A DNA stretch of 24,000 nt. Source: an uncultured Tangfeifania sp. (GTDB taxonomy: Bacteria > Bacteroidota > Bacteroidia > Bacteroidales > Prolixibacteraceae). Made by a program: the position numbers and the translations under genes. Below, piece by piece: positions 15,775-24,000 of this stretch (position 1 is the stretch's first letter; every line of letters starts with the position of its first letter). The stretch is taken from the NCBI GenBank assembly GCA_964528535.1, contig CAZGSQ010000019.1, forward strand, positions 10,605 through 34,604. The letters run 5' to 3'. The notes beneath the pieces are model-generated. The model was given only the letters and a program-made list of their open reading frames with translations. It was not told where the DNA came from and did no database searches.

Positions 15775-17232
15775 CTATTGTAATTCTTTGATGATGGAAT
15801 CCAACTCGCCCATAATACTCTTCAATTCCAATACGGCTTCTTTGGCAATGTCGATCGGGTCGTCCAACTCGTCACCATTGCTCAGTGAACTATCGGCAAT
15901 CAGGCCCAAATCGAGTGAGTCGTTCTTTTTGGCAATCTGCTCACGGGTTATACACTGCCATCGTTCGTCGGTTATTGATGCTCGCTTTTGGTAATCCACC
16001 TTTCCGTCGTATTCCAGACCTACATTTTCAGTGGTCAATCCACCGGTGTAGGCTTTGATAAACCCGTCAAAAGCGGCCAAAGTAAAAGGAGTTCGCTTTC
16101 CATAGTTAGGCGTATTGGTTCGCATGTCGTAATACCAAACCTGGTCGGTGTTTCCGGTTTCAGTTACTCCACGTTCAAAAAACAGTACATTGGTTTTCAC
16201 CCCCTGGGCATAAAAAATACCGGTTGGCAGGCGCAGAATGGTATGCAGACGGCATTTGTCCATTAAATCGCGGCGGATTTTGGCGCCGTCGCCATCTTCA
16301 AACAACACGTTATCGGGCAGCACCACCGCGGCGCGTGCCCCGCCTTTTTTGTGCAGCGATCGGTAAATGTGCTGCAAAAAGTTGAGTTGTTTGTTGGCGG
16401 TTGGGTAGGTAAAATCGTCGCGGCTGGGGCGTTCGCCACCCTGTTTGGTGCCAAAAGGAGGATTGGCCAGCACGCCGTCGAATCCTTTCAGGCTTTTGCC
16501 AAAATCGCTCAGGGTATCGTTCAGGTAAATGGTGCTGTCGAGCCCGTGCAGCTTGGCATTCATCAAAGCCAGGCGGTGGGCGTCCTGAACGAGCTCAACG
16601 CCGCTCAGTGCGGTGGTTTGCTGAAAGACCCTGGTCTTTTCATCCTTGTAAATGTAATCGTGCCGGTTAATCAGGTATTGGTTGATCGAGATCGGGAACC
16701 CAAACGTACCGCAGGCCGGATCGTTCCAGCGTTCGCCCAATTGAGGAACCACCAGGTCGACCATTACATTTATCAGTGGGCGTGGGGTGAAATACTGTCC
16801 GGCGCCACTTTTCTTCTCCCCGGCATTGCGTTCCAGCAAATCTTCGTAAATATCGCCCATCACATCGCGGTCGTGCTCGTCGTACCAGTCAATCAGGTCG
16901 ATGCTGCTCACCAGTGATCTTAGATTCACCGGTTTCCGTAGGGTAGAAGAAGCATTGGTAAATATCTCCTTGATGTTGGCGTTGTCGCTTTTGGTGCTGA
17001 TGGTCGCCAGCAATTCCCGGTAGGTGTCGAACAAATCCTTGTTGTCCTTGATGCCTTTCAGCCTCTGCCAGCGGTATTCCTCGGGCAACTCCTTCTCAAA
17101 GCCCTTTACCTCGCTCAATTTCAGGAAAAGGATGTAAGTTAACTCGTTGAGATATTGGTGGTAGGTTACGCCGTCGTCGCGGAGTAAATTGCAAAGTCCC
17201 CATAATTTTCCGGCTATTTCTTCTGCACTCAT
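15775..17232 (-). CDS. hsdM: Type I restriction system methyltransferase subunit HsdM
   Basis: 485 aa; 'GAGQYFTPRPLINVMVDLVVPQLGERWNDPACGTFGF', N6-adenine MTase motif IV 'GVLANPPFG', N-terminal 'LRDDGVTYHQYLNELTYILFLKL'. Confidence 0.96.
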   Translation of the reverse strand: MSAEEIAGKLWGLCNLLRDDGVTYHQYLNELTYILFLKLSEVKGFEKELPEEYRWQRLKGIKDNKDLFDTYRELLATISTKSDNANIKEIFTNASSTLRKPVNLRSLVSSIDLIDWYDEHDRDVMGDIYEDLLERNAGEKKSGAGQYFTPRPLINVMVDLVVPQLGERWNDPACGTFGFPISINQYLINRHDYIYKDEKTRVFQQTTALSGVELVQDAHRLALMNAKLHGLDSTIYLNDTLSDFGKSLKGFDGVLANPPFGTKQGGERPSRDDFTYPTANKQLNFLQHIYRSLHKKGGARAAVVLPDNVLFEDGDGAKIRRDLMDKCRLHTILRLPTGIFYAQGVKTNVLFFERGVTETGNTDQVWYYDMRTNTPNYGKRTPFTLAAFDGFIKAYTGGLTTENVGLEYDGKVDYQKRASITDERWQCITREQIAKKNDSLDLGLIADSSLSNGDELDDPIDIAKEAVLELKSIMGELDSIIKELQ

Positions 17233-17339
17233 TTTTTAAATCTTTTGCTTAGTTCTGTTCCACAATACCAGGCCTGTAGCACCTTGCTCCATTCCCGGGT
17301 TTCCCAGTTAATTTCTGATTTCTGAATCGTTTCAACCAT
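17229..17339 (-). CDS. Candidate 36-aa small protein overlapping the hsdM start codon (ATGA)
   Basis: Reads MVETIQKSEINWETREWSKVLQAWYCGTELSKRFKK*; TGA stop overlaps hsdM ATG by ATGA; below the supplied ORF-track length threshold. Confidence 0.3.
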   Translation of the reverse strand: MVETIQKSEINWETREWSKVLQAWYCGTELSKRFKK

Positions 17340-17406
17340 GTTGGCCAACGTGATTCAATCAAACCAGAGCCGGATTGGTTTTTTTTATCACTTGTATTTG
17401 TTTTAC

Positions 17407-17488
17407 GGGCTGTAAGCCCAACTTAATTCAGCCCAACGGCAACGCCTTGGGCTTTGATCGAAGATGGTCCGGTGCGCCCTGAAAGGGC
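17407..17488. repeat. Left flanking hairpin set of the RAYT-like gene
   Basis: Hairpins gggc-TGTAA-gccc (17407-17419), agcccaacggcaacgccttgggct (17430-17453), gccc-TGAAA-gggc (17476-17488). Confidence 0.8.
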
Positions 17489-17491
17489 AAC

Positions 17492-17947
17492 TTAATCCGA
17501 CCACAAATATCTCTCATCATGTTCAATTCCGTATTCTTTTAGAAATGCAAGTAATTCTTCCTTAAAGGTCGATTTTTTGTGGTGTTCTTCCTGATTTTGG
17601 ATATACCCCTTCGTTTTGTCATGCAAAGATTGGCTTACAGAAAAACCTGCATATCCACCCTGCCATGCAAATTGATTGTAATGTGGCCCCCTTGTTTTCA
17701 TCCATCTGCTGCTGTGCCGCTTTATTTCTTCTACCAACTTGGCGAGCGCAATATTCTTGGACAACACAAACAAAATATGAATGTGATCTCTTGTTCCGTT
17801 TATTAAAATTGGAATCGATTCATTATCTTTAATGATAGAGCCAATGTAGGCGTAAAGATCATTCTTTTCTTCAGTTTTTATAGGCACAAGTGAATCCTTG
17901 ATGTGAAAAATGAGGTGTACGTACAATTTAGATAATGATTGAGACAT
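17492..17947 (-). CDS. Y1 (IS200-like / REP-associated tyrosine) transposase
   Basis: 151 aa; 'LYVHLIFHIKDS', HUH motif 'RDHIHILFVLSKNIALAKLVEEIKRHSSRWMKT', 'FAWQGGYAGFSVS', 'KGYIQNQEEHHKKSTFKEELLAFLKEYGIEHDERYLW'; single small ORF, no TnpB. Confidence 0.88.
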   Translation of the reverse strand: MSQSLSKLYVHLIFHIKDSLVPIKTEEKNDLYAYIGSIIKDNESIPILINGTRDHIHILFVLSKNIALAKLVEEIKRHSSRWMKTRGPHYNQFAWQGGYAGFSVSQSLHDKTKGYIQNQEEHHKKSTFKEELLAFLKEYGIEHDERYLWSD

Positions 17948-17966
17948 AAGTTGTTTCTATTAAACT

Positions 17967-18051
17967 GCCCTTTCAGGGCGAAAAACAAAATTTTGCTGCC
18001 AATTATCCCCAAGGCGTTGCCTTGGGCTGAATTGAACTGTCCTTTCAGGAC
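17967..18051. repeat. Right flanking hairpin set, inverted relative to the left set
   Basis: Hairpins gccc-TTTCA-gggc (17967-17979), cccaaggc-GTT-gccttggg (18008-18026), gtcc-TTTCA-ggac (18039-18051). Confidence 0.85.
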
Positions 18052-18078
18052 GAGAAATATTTATTTCAGGTTTGCCAA

Positions 18079-21000
18079 TCATGCGGTTTGGTACAAGTTC
18101 TCATTCAACTGATTGATCAACTGATCGAGTTGTTCTTCAAAAACCTTGTTCAGCCGGTCAAATCCGCCATTCTCATTAAAAGGAGCCAGATTCAAGTCAT
18201 CGTGCTGGAGAACATTTTCCGACAACAATTGATTCTCAAACCGGTCGATCCATTTTTGCTGAATCTTGTTCCAGCTTTTTGAGACCCTGATTTTTTCAAC
18301 GGCCTTTCTGATCCGTTCTTCATGACTGATTAAAGCATCGCCCAATGCCATTGTACGTATGAAGGAGATAATGTCGGCAGCAATATCCACGTTCTGCGTG
18401 GCTTTCCAGGCCGTGTTTAGTGTCCTTTGGTTAAAGCCAAGTTGATCGAGTTGAAGTCGGAGTTCTTTCAGCGATTTCCTGTCGAGCTCCTGCGGGCGGG
18501 TGCAAATAATTTGTAATGCTGCCATCTTGTTCAGGTTCGCTGTTATAAACTGCCTAAAACTCAGAATGTAATCTTCCGGTCTCTGGCTGTTGCCATATCC
18601 GCGCTCAATTCCACGGCTTTCATCTTCATGGTCAGATACAAACAGGAATGCAGGCGAAGGTTTCAAATCGTCCAGAAATTTCCAGATTCCGGCCATTCGG
18701 CTAACCTGATCCAATGAACCACTATTTTTGGATTCATTCAGGAAACCGACAAAACTATCAGGATTTCGTCCCTCAGTCAGGTATTTAAACTGTTCAATAT
18801 TATGATCATTAATGTATTTGCTCTTACGCCTGAATTTTGCGATGATCTGTTCAAGCTGTTTGGCAGCCCTTTCATTGCTGACAATCCGTCCCAATTCTTC
18901 TGCCAGTTCTGCGAATGAGGTTAGAGGATTAACGGTTACCGGCTTCATTTGAGTGTAATCCTGAAGGGCTTCATAAATTCGCACCGCATCATAAATCCGG
19001 AATACCTCCTTGTCAATTTCATCGCAACGACGGGTAGCACGGCCAAGCATCTGTTCGTACAATATCCGCGACCTGACACGCCTCAGGAAAACAATGTTGC
19101 AAATGGCAGGCACATCAATGCCTGTGGTTAGTAAATCAACCGTAACCGCGATGGTCGGGTACTTCTCATTTTTATACCGTCTGACCTGCTCTTCCGGATC
19201 ATAGGATTTTCCTGTAATCTTTTGAATCGTATTGTCATTAAGATCACATCCAATTTTATCATATTCTTCCTTTAGAATGCTGACTACCAGATCAGCATGT
19301 TCATCTGTCGCAGCAAATATCAGGGTCTTTTCATCACCATCCGGATCAATTTCCTTAACCAATTGACTGATTGCAGTCCGGTTGAATGGCTCTGTAATCA
19401 CCATTTTATTGAATCCTTCAATTTGGATAGCCAGTTCATCGTCCAACTCGGCCAATTCAATAATTTGATTGTTCTCTTTATCGTAAACCTTTGGCCGGTC
19501 CCCCTTCTCCCAGATAATTCCCTCCTCCCCCAGTTTCGTTTTAATCAGGAAGGGGGGCTCATGGTCAATCAAAAAACCATCTATCACAGCTTCCCGATAG
19601 GAATAATTATAAATAGGTGCTCCAAATATTTCAGTGGTGTTCAAGGCCGGAGTAGCGGTCATCCCGATAGCGGTGGCATCAAAGTAGTCCAATACACGAC
19701 GGTATTTGCTTACATAGTCGCGTTGGTCCTTAAAACCAAACTCTTCATCGTCCATCTCCCTGTCAAGCAAATAGCCTCGGTGGGCTTCATCCACAATGAT
19801 GCAGTCGTAGGTGTCGATGGGCAAAAGATCACCTTCCGAATAGAACAGGCGTTTTACCATGCTTTGAACGGTGGCAAAGTGCAGGCGAGTGTCCATCTCA
19901 GGCATCAATTCTTTTAATCCCTGCATCTGGTATATTTCAGCAAAAGTATTCAAATCCTCAATCTTGTCATCCTTAAAATGATCAAGAGCCTGGTTTGCCA
20001 GCAAACGTCGGTCAACCATAAACAGTATTCTGCGGAAGCGATTCGACTGAATCAATCGATAGGCAAGGCCGATAATGGTGCGTGTTTTTCCGGTTCCCGT
20101 AGCCATTGCCAAGAGGAACCTCTTTTTCTCAGGACTATTCATGATAGAATGTTCAATGCATTCAATGGCTTTCATCTGGTAATCCCTTAGTGAAAGACCG
20201 CTCTTATCCTGAAGAAAGTTAGGTTTGCTGTTTTTCAATTTGTCATTTGCTCCTTCAATATCTTGCTCCCACATTTTCACCAAACCTTCCGGAGAGAACC
20301 AACCTCTTAACGATCTTGATTGATTCATTGAATTTCTGACATCAATAAACCATACACCGCTTTTTGTTGCCAATTGCTGCAAATAGGGTCGTCCATTAGT
20401 AGAGAACAGAAAAGGAACTTTGTAAATTCCCCATTCACCCAACATCCGTACCTGACTTTGTCCTTCTACCAGTTCAGCATATCGTTTAGCCTGTGTTAAA
20501 TCTGTTGAAATATCTTGCGCATATTTTTTTGATTCGACCAGTCCGTACAGTTCAGTCCCGATAAACAAGGCATAATCAGCCCATTTGTTGCCACAAGGCC
20601 ATTCTGCAATGGCGCTGTTTTTACCTTTCTCCGGGAAAGTACCTCGTAACTTGAAATTCAGGGTCAGCGTGTCAACTTCCCATCCGGCAGCCCTAAGTTG
20701 GGCATCAATCAAAAGCCGTGTTTCAGCCTCCGACATTTCTATTTTAAGGGCAGCTTTCGTTGAGCGCCGTTTGATCTCAGTTGTTTTCTCTGTACTCAAA
20801 GCTCCAACCTCCCGTTCCTTCAACAGATCGGTAAACTTTTGTTCCAGCAGTAGGTACTCCTGTTCCAGATTCTTGTAATCCCTTTCCAGATCAACCTTTT
20901 CGGGTGGGTGAAACCTGACCGGACTGATATCAAGACCCTCGACTGAATAGGATTCATAAAACCATTTGGCAATCTTAAAAGAACTGTAAAGTAAACTCAT

Positions 21001-21312
21001 GGCCGATTCCTCTGCCTGTTTGCCGGCATGGACCGCCAGGTTCCCAGACTTTCGGATGGTATGAAAAAGGCCGAGAATATTCTCTGCCAGGATCCCTTCA
21101 TCCCTTAGAAGCTCCAATCTTCGAAAGGCTGTATTCTCATAGGGGAAATCAAGATGCTGAATTTCAAAGATGTATTCAACCATCCTCTCCCCAAACAACC
21201 TCATTTTAAACAAGGAAGTATTTGGGTCATCGTGTAGGTATCTTTCCGCTAAATTTCCGAGATTGGCCAGAATGGAGTACTCTTCGGCCAGAAACTTGAA
21301 ATTGCTCTCCAT
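18079..21312 (-). CDS. hsdR: Type I restriction endonuclease subunit HsdR
   Basis: 1077 aa; 'ESKKYAQD' nuclease-like motif context ('YGLVESKKYAQDISTDLTQAKRYAE'), helicase motif I 'LAMATGTGKTRTIIGLAYRL', 'DCIIVDEAHRGY', 'IGMTATPALNT', motif VI 'QMLGRATRRC'; N-terminal DUF4145-like region. Confidence 0.96.
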   Translation of the reverse strand: MESNFKFLAEEYSILANLGNLAERYLHDDPNTSLFKMRLFGERMVEYIFEIQHLDFPYENTAFRRLELLRDEGILAENILGLFHTIRKSGNLAVHAGKQAEESAMSLLYSSFKIAKWFYESYSVEGLDISPVRFHPPEKVDLERDYKNLEQEYLLLEQKFTDLLKEREVGALSTEKTTEIKRRSTKAALKIEMSEAETRLLIDAQLRAAGWEVDTLTLNFKLRGTFPEKGKNSAIAEWPCGNKWADYALFIGTELYGLVESKKYAQDISTDLTQAKRYAELVEGQSQVRMLGEWGIYKVPFLFSTNGRPYLQQLATKSGVWFIDVRNSMNQSRSLRGWFSPEGLVKMWEQDIEGANDKLKNSKPNFLQDKSGLSLRDYQMKAIECIEHSIMNSPEKKRFLLAMATGTGKTRTIIGLAYRLIQSNRFRRILFMVDRRLLANQALDHFKDDKIEDLNTFAEIYQMQGLKELMPEMDTRLHFATVQSMVKRLFYSEGDLLPIDTYDCIIVDEAHRGYLLDREMDDEEFGFKDQRDYVSKYRRVLDYFDATAIGMTATPALNTTEIFGAPIYNYSYREAVIDGFLIDHEPPFLIKTKLGEEGIIWEKGDRPKVYDKENNQIIELAELDDELAIQIEGFNKMVITEPFNRTAISQLVKEIDPDGDEKTLIFAATDEHADLVVSILKEEYDKIGCDLNDNTIQKITGKSYDPEEQVRRYKNEKYPTIAVTVDLLTTGIDVPAICNIVFLRRVRSRILYEQMLGRATRRCDEIDKEVFRIYDAVRIYEALQDYTQMKPVTVNPLTSFAELAEELGRIVSNERAAKQLEQIIAKFRRKSKYINDHNIEQFKYLTEGRNPDSFVGFLNESKNSGSLDQVSRMAGIWKFLDDLKPSPAFLFVSDHEDESRGIERGYGNSQRPEDYILSFRQFITANLNKMAALQIICTRPQELDRKSLKELRLQLDQLGFNQRTLNTAWKATQNVDIAADIISFIRTMALGDALISHEERIRKAVEKIRVSKSWNKIQQKWIDRFENQLLSENVLQHDDLNLAPFNENGGFDRLNKVFEEQLDQLINQLNENLYQTA

Positions 21313-21642
21313 GAATTAGATTTGGTCTGATTTATTGGTCAGCCGAAGGTAAAGAATCAATTGGTGAAAAGAAAGGATTTTTATAAGAAAAATACTGTTC
21401 TTTCAATGTTATGGGATTGAAGTTATAAAGTTCGCAAGTGGGTTGTTCCAAATTATGGTCAGTCCCTGAATGTCAAATTAGGTCGTAACTATTACAATTC
21501 AGTACTAATCTTTTGAGGTACAGTATATAATCAACCAAATATAAAGGGTAGCATAAACAATGTTTTGTAGCATCTAAATACTTATAATTCAATATTTTGT
21601 ATCTGGTTTTTGGTGGGTTGTTATTTGTTTGTTAATGGTCAG

Positions 21643-23040
21643 TTACTTCCCGATGCAAAAATTCTTAAAAATATTCCCCAACACCTCATCTGTGGTGATC
21701 TGACCGGTGATGGCACCCAGGTAATGCAGGCATTCGCGGATGTCCTGCGCAAGAAACTCCCCCGACAGGTTGGACCGGAGTCCGGCGATGGTGCGCTCAA
21801 TGGCCTGAAGTGCGTGGGTAAGGGCCACGTAGTGACGGATGTTGGTGACAATGACATCGCCGGTACCAAGCTCCTCCAGCGCGACTGCCGATTGCATCGT
21901 TTGAACCAGTGAAGAGAGGTTCTCTTTTGATTTGGCCGCAACAAAGAGCAACTTCTCGTTGTTTTGAAGGGGAACGGACAACAGCTCTGCAAGTCTGGGT
22001 TTGGTGGCAAGATCCGATTTGTTGGCTACCAGAATAAGTTGCTGCTCTTCTGAAATCCTGGTTCTGATTTCAGCAATCCTGGTAAGATTTTGGGCTGTTG
22101 AAGTGGTAAGGTCAAGTACCAGCAGCACAATGGAAGCCTGCCCGAGCTTCCGGTAGGAGCGCTCGATGCCCATCCTTTCGATGGGTTCTGCAGTGGTACG
22201 CAATCCGGCGGTATCGAAGAAACGGAACAGCATGCCATTCAGTTGGACCACATCCTCTATGACATCGCGTGTGGTGCCGTGGATGTCAGAGACAATGGCC
22301 TTCTCTTCGTTCAAAAGTGCATTGAGCAGTGTAGATTTTCCAACATTGGTCTCGCCTACAATGGCCACAGGAATCCCATTTTTCAGCACATTGCCCAGAC
22401 GAAAAGAGTCGGCAAGTTTCCTGATAAGTGCTTCAATTTGAACCACCAACTCCATCAAAAGGAGCCTGTCTGCAAATTCAACATCCTCCTCGCTGAAATC
22501 GAGTTCGAGTTCAATGAGGGTGATGAAGTGCAGCAGTTGCGCTCTCAACTGGCTGATTTCCGATGAGAATCCGCCCCTCATCTGGTTCAGTGCAACCCTG
22601 TGTGAAGCCTCGTTTTCGGAGGTGATCAAATCTGCAACTGCCTCGGCCTGTGACAAGTCCATCTTGCCATTGAGAAAAGCACGTTGGGTAAACTCGCCAG
22701 GTTGCGCCAATTCTGCTCCTTCGTCGATGAGCCACTTCAGGAGCTGCTGCTGAACATAGCGTGACCCATGACAGGAAATTTCGACGACATCCTCGCCCGT
22801 ATATGAATGGGGAGCCCTAAAGAGGGAGATGACCACCTCGTCGAGGGTAACTTCTCCTTTGCAAATTGAGCCAAAATGGAGGGTATTGGCAGGCTGACCT
22901 GTCAACTTTTTGCCTTTGTCAGGGGCTTGAAAGAGCCTGTCGGCGATGACGATGGCCGACGATCCGGAGAGCCGGACAACAGCTATTCCACCGGTTCCGG
23001 CCGGTGTGGAGATGGCACAAATTGTGGATGTGGCGATCAT
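21643..23040 (-). CDS. mnmE: tRNA uridine-5-carboxymethylaminomethyl modification GTPase MnmE
   Basis: Starts 'MIATSTICAISTPAGTGGIAVVRLSG'; G1 'VAIVGETNVGKSTLLNALL', G2/G3 'IVSDIHGTTRDVI'/'FFDTAGLR', 'VANKSDL', C-terminal 'CIGK'. ORF track start at 23115 adds 25 non-conserved-looking residues. Confidence 0.95.
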   Translation of the reverse strand: MIATSTICAISTPAGTGGIAVVRLSGSSAIVIADRLFQAPDKGKKLTGQPANTLHFGSICKGEVTLDEVVISLFRAPHSYTGEDVVEISCHGSRYVQQQLLKWLIDEGAELAQPGEFTQRAFLNGKMDLSQAEAVADLITSENEASHRVALNQMRGGFSSEISQLRAQLLHFITLIELELDFSEEDVEFADRLLLMELVVQIEALIRKLADSFRLGNVLKNGIPVAIVGETNVGKSTLLNALLNEEKAIVSDIHGTTRDVIEDVVQLNGMLFRFFDTAGLRTTAEPIERMGIERSYRKLGQASIVLLVLDLTTSTAQNLTRIAEIRTRISEEQQLILVANKSDLATKPRLAELLSVPLQNNEKLLFVAAKSKENLSSLVQTMQSAVALEELGTGDVIVTNIRHYVALTHALQAIERTIAGLRSNLSGEFLAQDIRECLHYLGAITGQITTDEVLGNIFKNFCIGK

Positions 23041-23141
23041 GTTGGCCAATTTTTGCACAAATATAGCAGATTTACTGCCAAGGCCGCCCGCCAACTTCCT
23101 GGTAAGGTGCAACAAAAAAGGCCCCTAAGGACCTTCTCTGC

Positions 23142-23582
23142 TTACTGAATCTCGATAGCCCTTGCAGGCTTTGGCTTCAGCTCTTCCCGCTTTGGCAGCG
23201 TGAGCAACAGGATGCCATCTTTGTAGGTAGCCTGAATCTGATCACCATTGACTGTTTCGATCGGAATGCTGAACTGACGGCGGAAAGTGCTGTAGTTGAA
23301 TTCCTTTCTGGAATAGTGTTCGGTGGACTCGCTGTTGGTGGCTGTTGCTTCACCCGTTACTGTTAACCTGTTTTGATCCAGATCAATCTTGAAATCCTCC
23401 CTTTTCATGCCGGGCGCAGCGACTTCAATTTGGATGCGGTTCTCATCTTCAAGGATGTTGACGGCCGGCAGCGTTGAGTCGTCGGCCGAAAATCCGGTGT
23501 TGTTCCAATCGAGTAAATCCCTGTTAAACAATTGATTCATTAAGGTTGGATACAATCTGTTGGTCGTTCTGATAAGTGTCAT
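23142..23582 (-). CDS. Hsp20 / alpha-crystallin family small heat shock protein
   Basis: 146 aa; 'LPAVNILEDENRIQIEVAAPGMKREDFKIDLDQNRLTVTGE', 'YSRKEFNYSTFRRQFSIP', 'ATYKDGILLLTLPKREE'. Confidence 0.95.
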   Translation of the reverse strand: MTLIRTTNRLYPTLMNQLFNRDLLDWNNTGFSADDSTLPAVNILEDENRIQIEVAAPGMKREDFKIDLDQNRLTVTGEATATNSESTEHYSRKEFNYSTFRRQFSIPIETVNGDQIQATYKDGILLLTLPKREELKPKPARAIEIQ

Positions 23583-23949
23583 TTTAAGTTCCTCCTATTC
23601 TTTAGTTAAACATTTTTGTCTCCACTTTGTCGTGGTACATCTCCTCTTGTCCAATCTGTGTGCCATTATTTGGATGAAAAATCAAAAGGTTCTAATTTTC
23701 AACAAGATAAAATTGGTACTTCATAAAGAGGAGACAAATTGACAATTTTGGGACCTAAACTTGCTGACAAAAAGTCACAACATCCTCATATTCATGCTAA
23801 TATGTCAGATTTCAACGATTTAAATAGCACTTGAGAATCCTTTTTGATTTTTGAAAAAAAAGCAGTCGATGCGCAGAGACAACCTGCCGAAAAAAAATTA
23901 TATTTGAAGTATTATCCCACCAGTATTTACATTTCAAATTTCAGACAAC

Positions 23950-24000
23950 ATGCTTCCAAAATTTCTACTTGCCGACAACTCACAAGTGCTCCCCGACACC
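23950..24000 (+). CDS. 5' end of a CDS truncated by the window edge (Bacteroidota conserved hypothetical)
   Basis: ATG at 23950, MLPKFLLADNSQVLPDT, open to the window end. Confidence 0.5.
   Translation, partial: MLPKFLLADNSQVLPDT

Noticed and set aside
17492-17947. Complete IS605-type element with TnpB
   Set aside because: No TnpB/IscB ORF or omega-RNA-like region is present; only the short Y1 transposase with flanking hairpins.
18949-20878. Plus-strand ORFs (up to 206 aa) opposite hsdR
   Set aside because: Antisense shadow ORFs within a full-length HsdR containing all helicase motifs.
23899-23906. TATATTTG as a Bacteroidota -7 (TAnnTTTG) promoter for the CDS at 23950
   Set aside because: Matches the -7 consensus but no TTG was found at the expected upstream spacing; AT-rich context makes chance matches likely, so not listed as a feature.

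Overview
24 kb window of an apparent Bacteroidota chromosome (inferred from protein family content). Left flank: YiiX-like lipoprotein peptidase (minus), DUF5916/CBM9-like exported protein (plus) and a large secreted macroglobulin/plug-like protein (plus). Right flank: mnmE and a small heat shock protein (minus), plus the first 17 codons of a plus-strand CDS. Between them (about 6.9-21.3 kb) is a co-directional minus-strand defence island. In transcription order it holds hsdR, a RAYT/IS200-like Y1 transposase flanked by mirrored hairpin sets, a 36-aa ORF overlapping the hsdM start (ATGA), hsdM, hsdS (interrupted by one in-frame TAG), a KAP-family membrane P-loop NTPase with an internal collagen-like Gly-X-Y segment, an MqsR-like toxin with an HTH+Panacea antitoxin, and an EVE-containing McrB with McrC. 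The island's left edge has 13 contiguous copies of a 21-bp AT-rich repeat, with decayed copies running into the mcrC 3' end. Strongest novelty candidate: the collagen-like KAP NTPase placed 11 bp after hsdS, followed by the TA pair. No tRNA, rRNA or CRISPR array was recognised. All family calls are from reading motifs; no database search was run.
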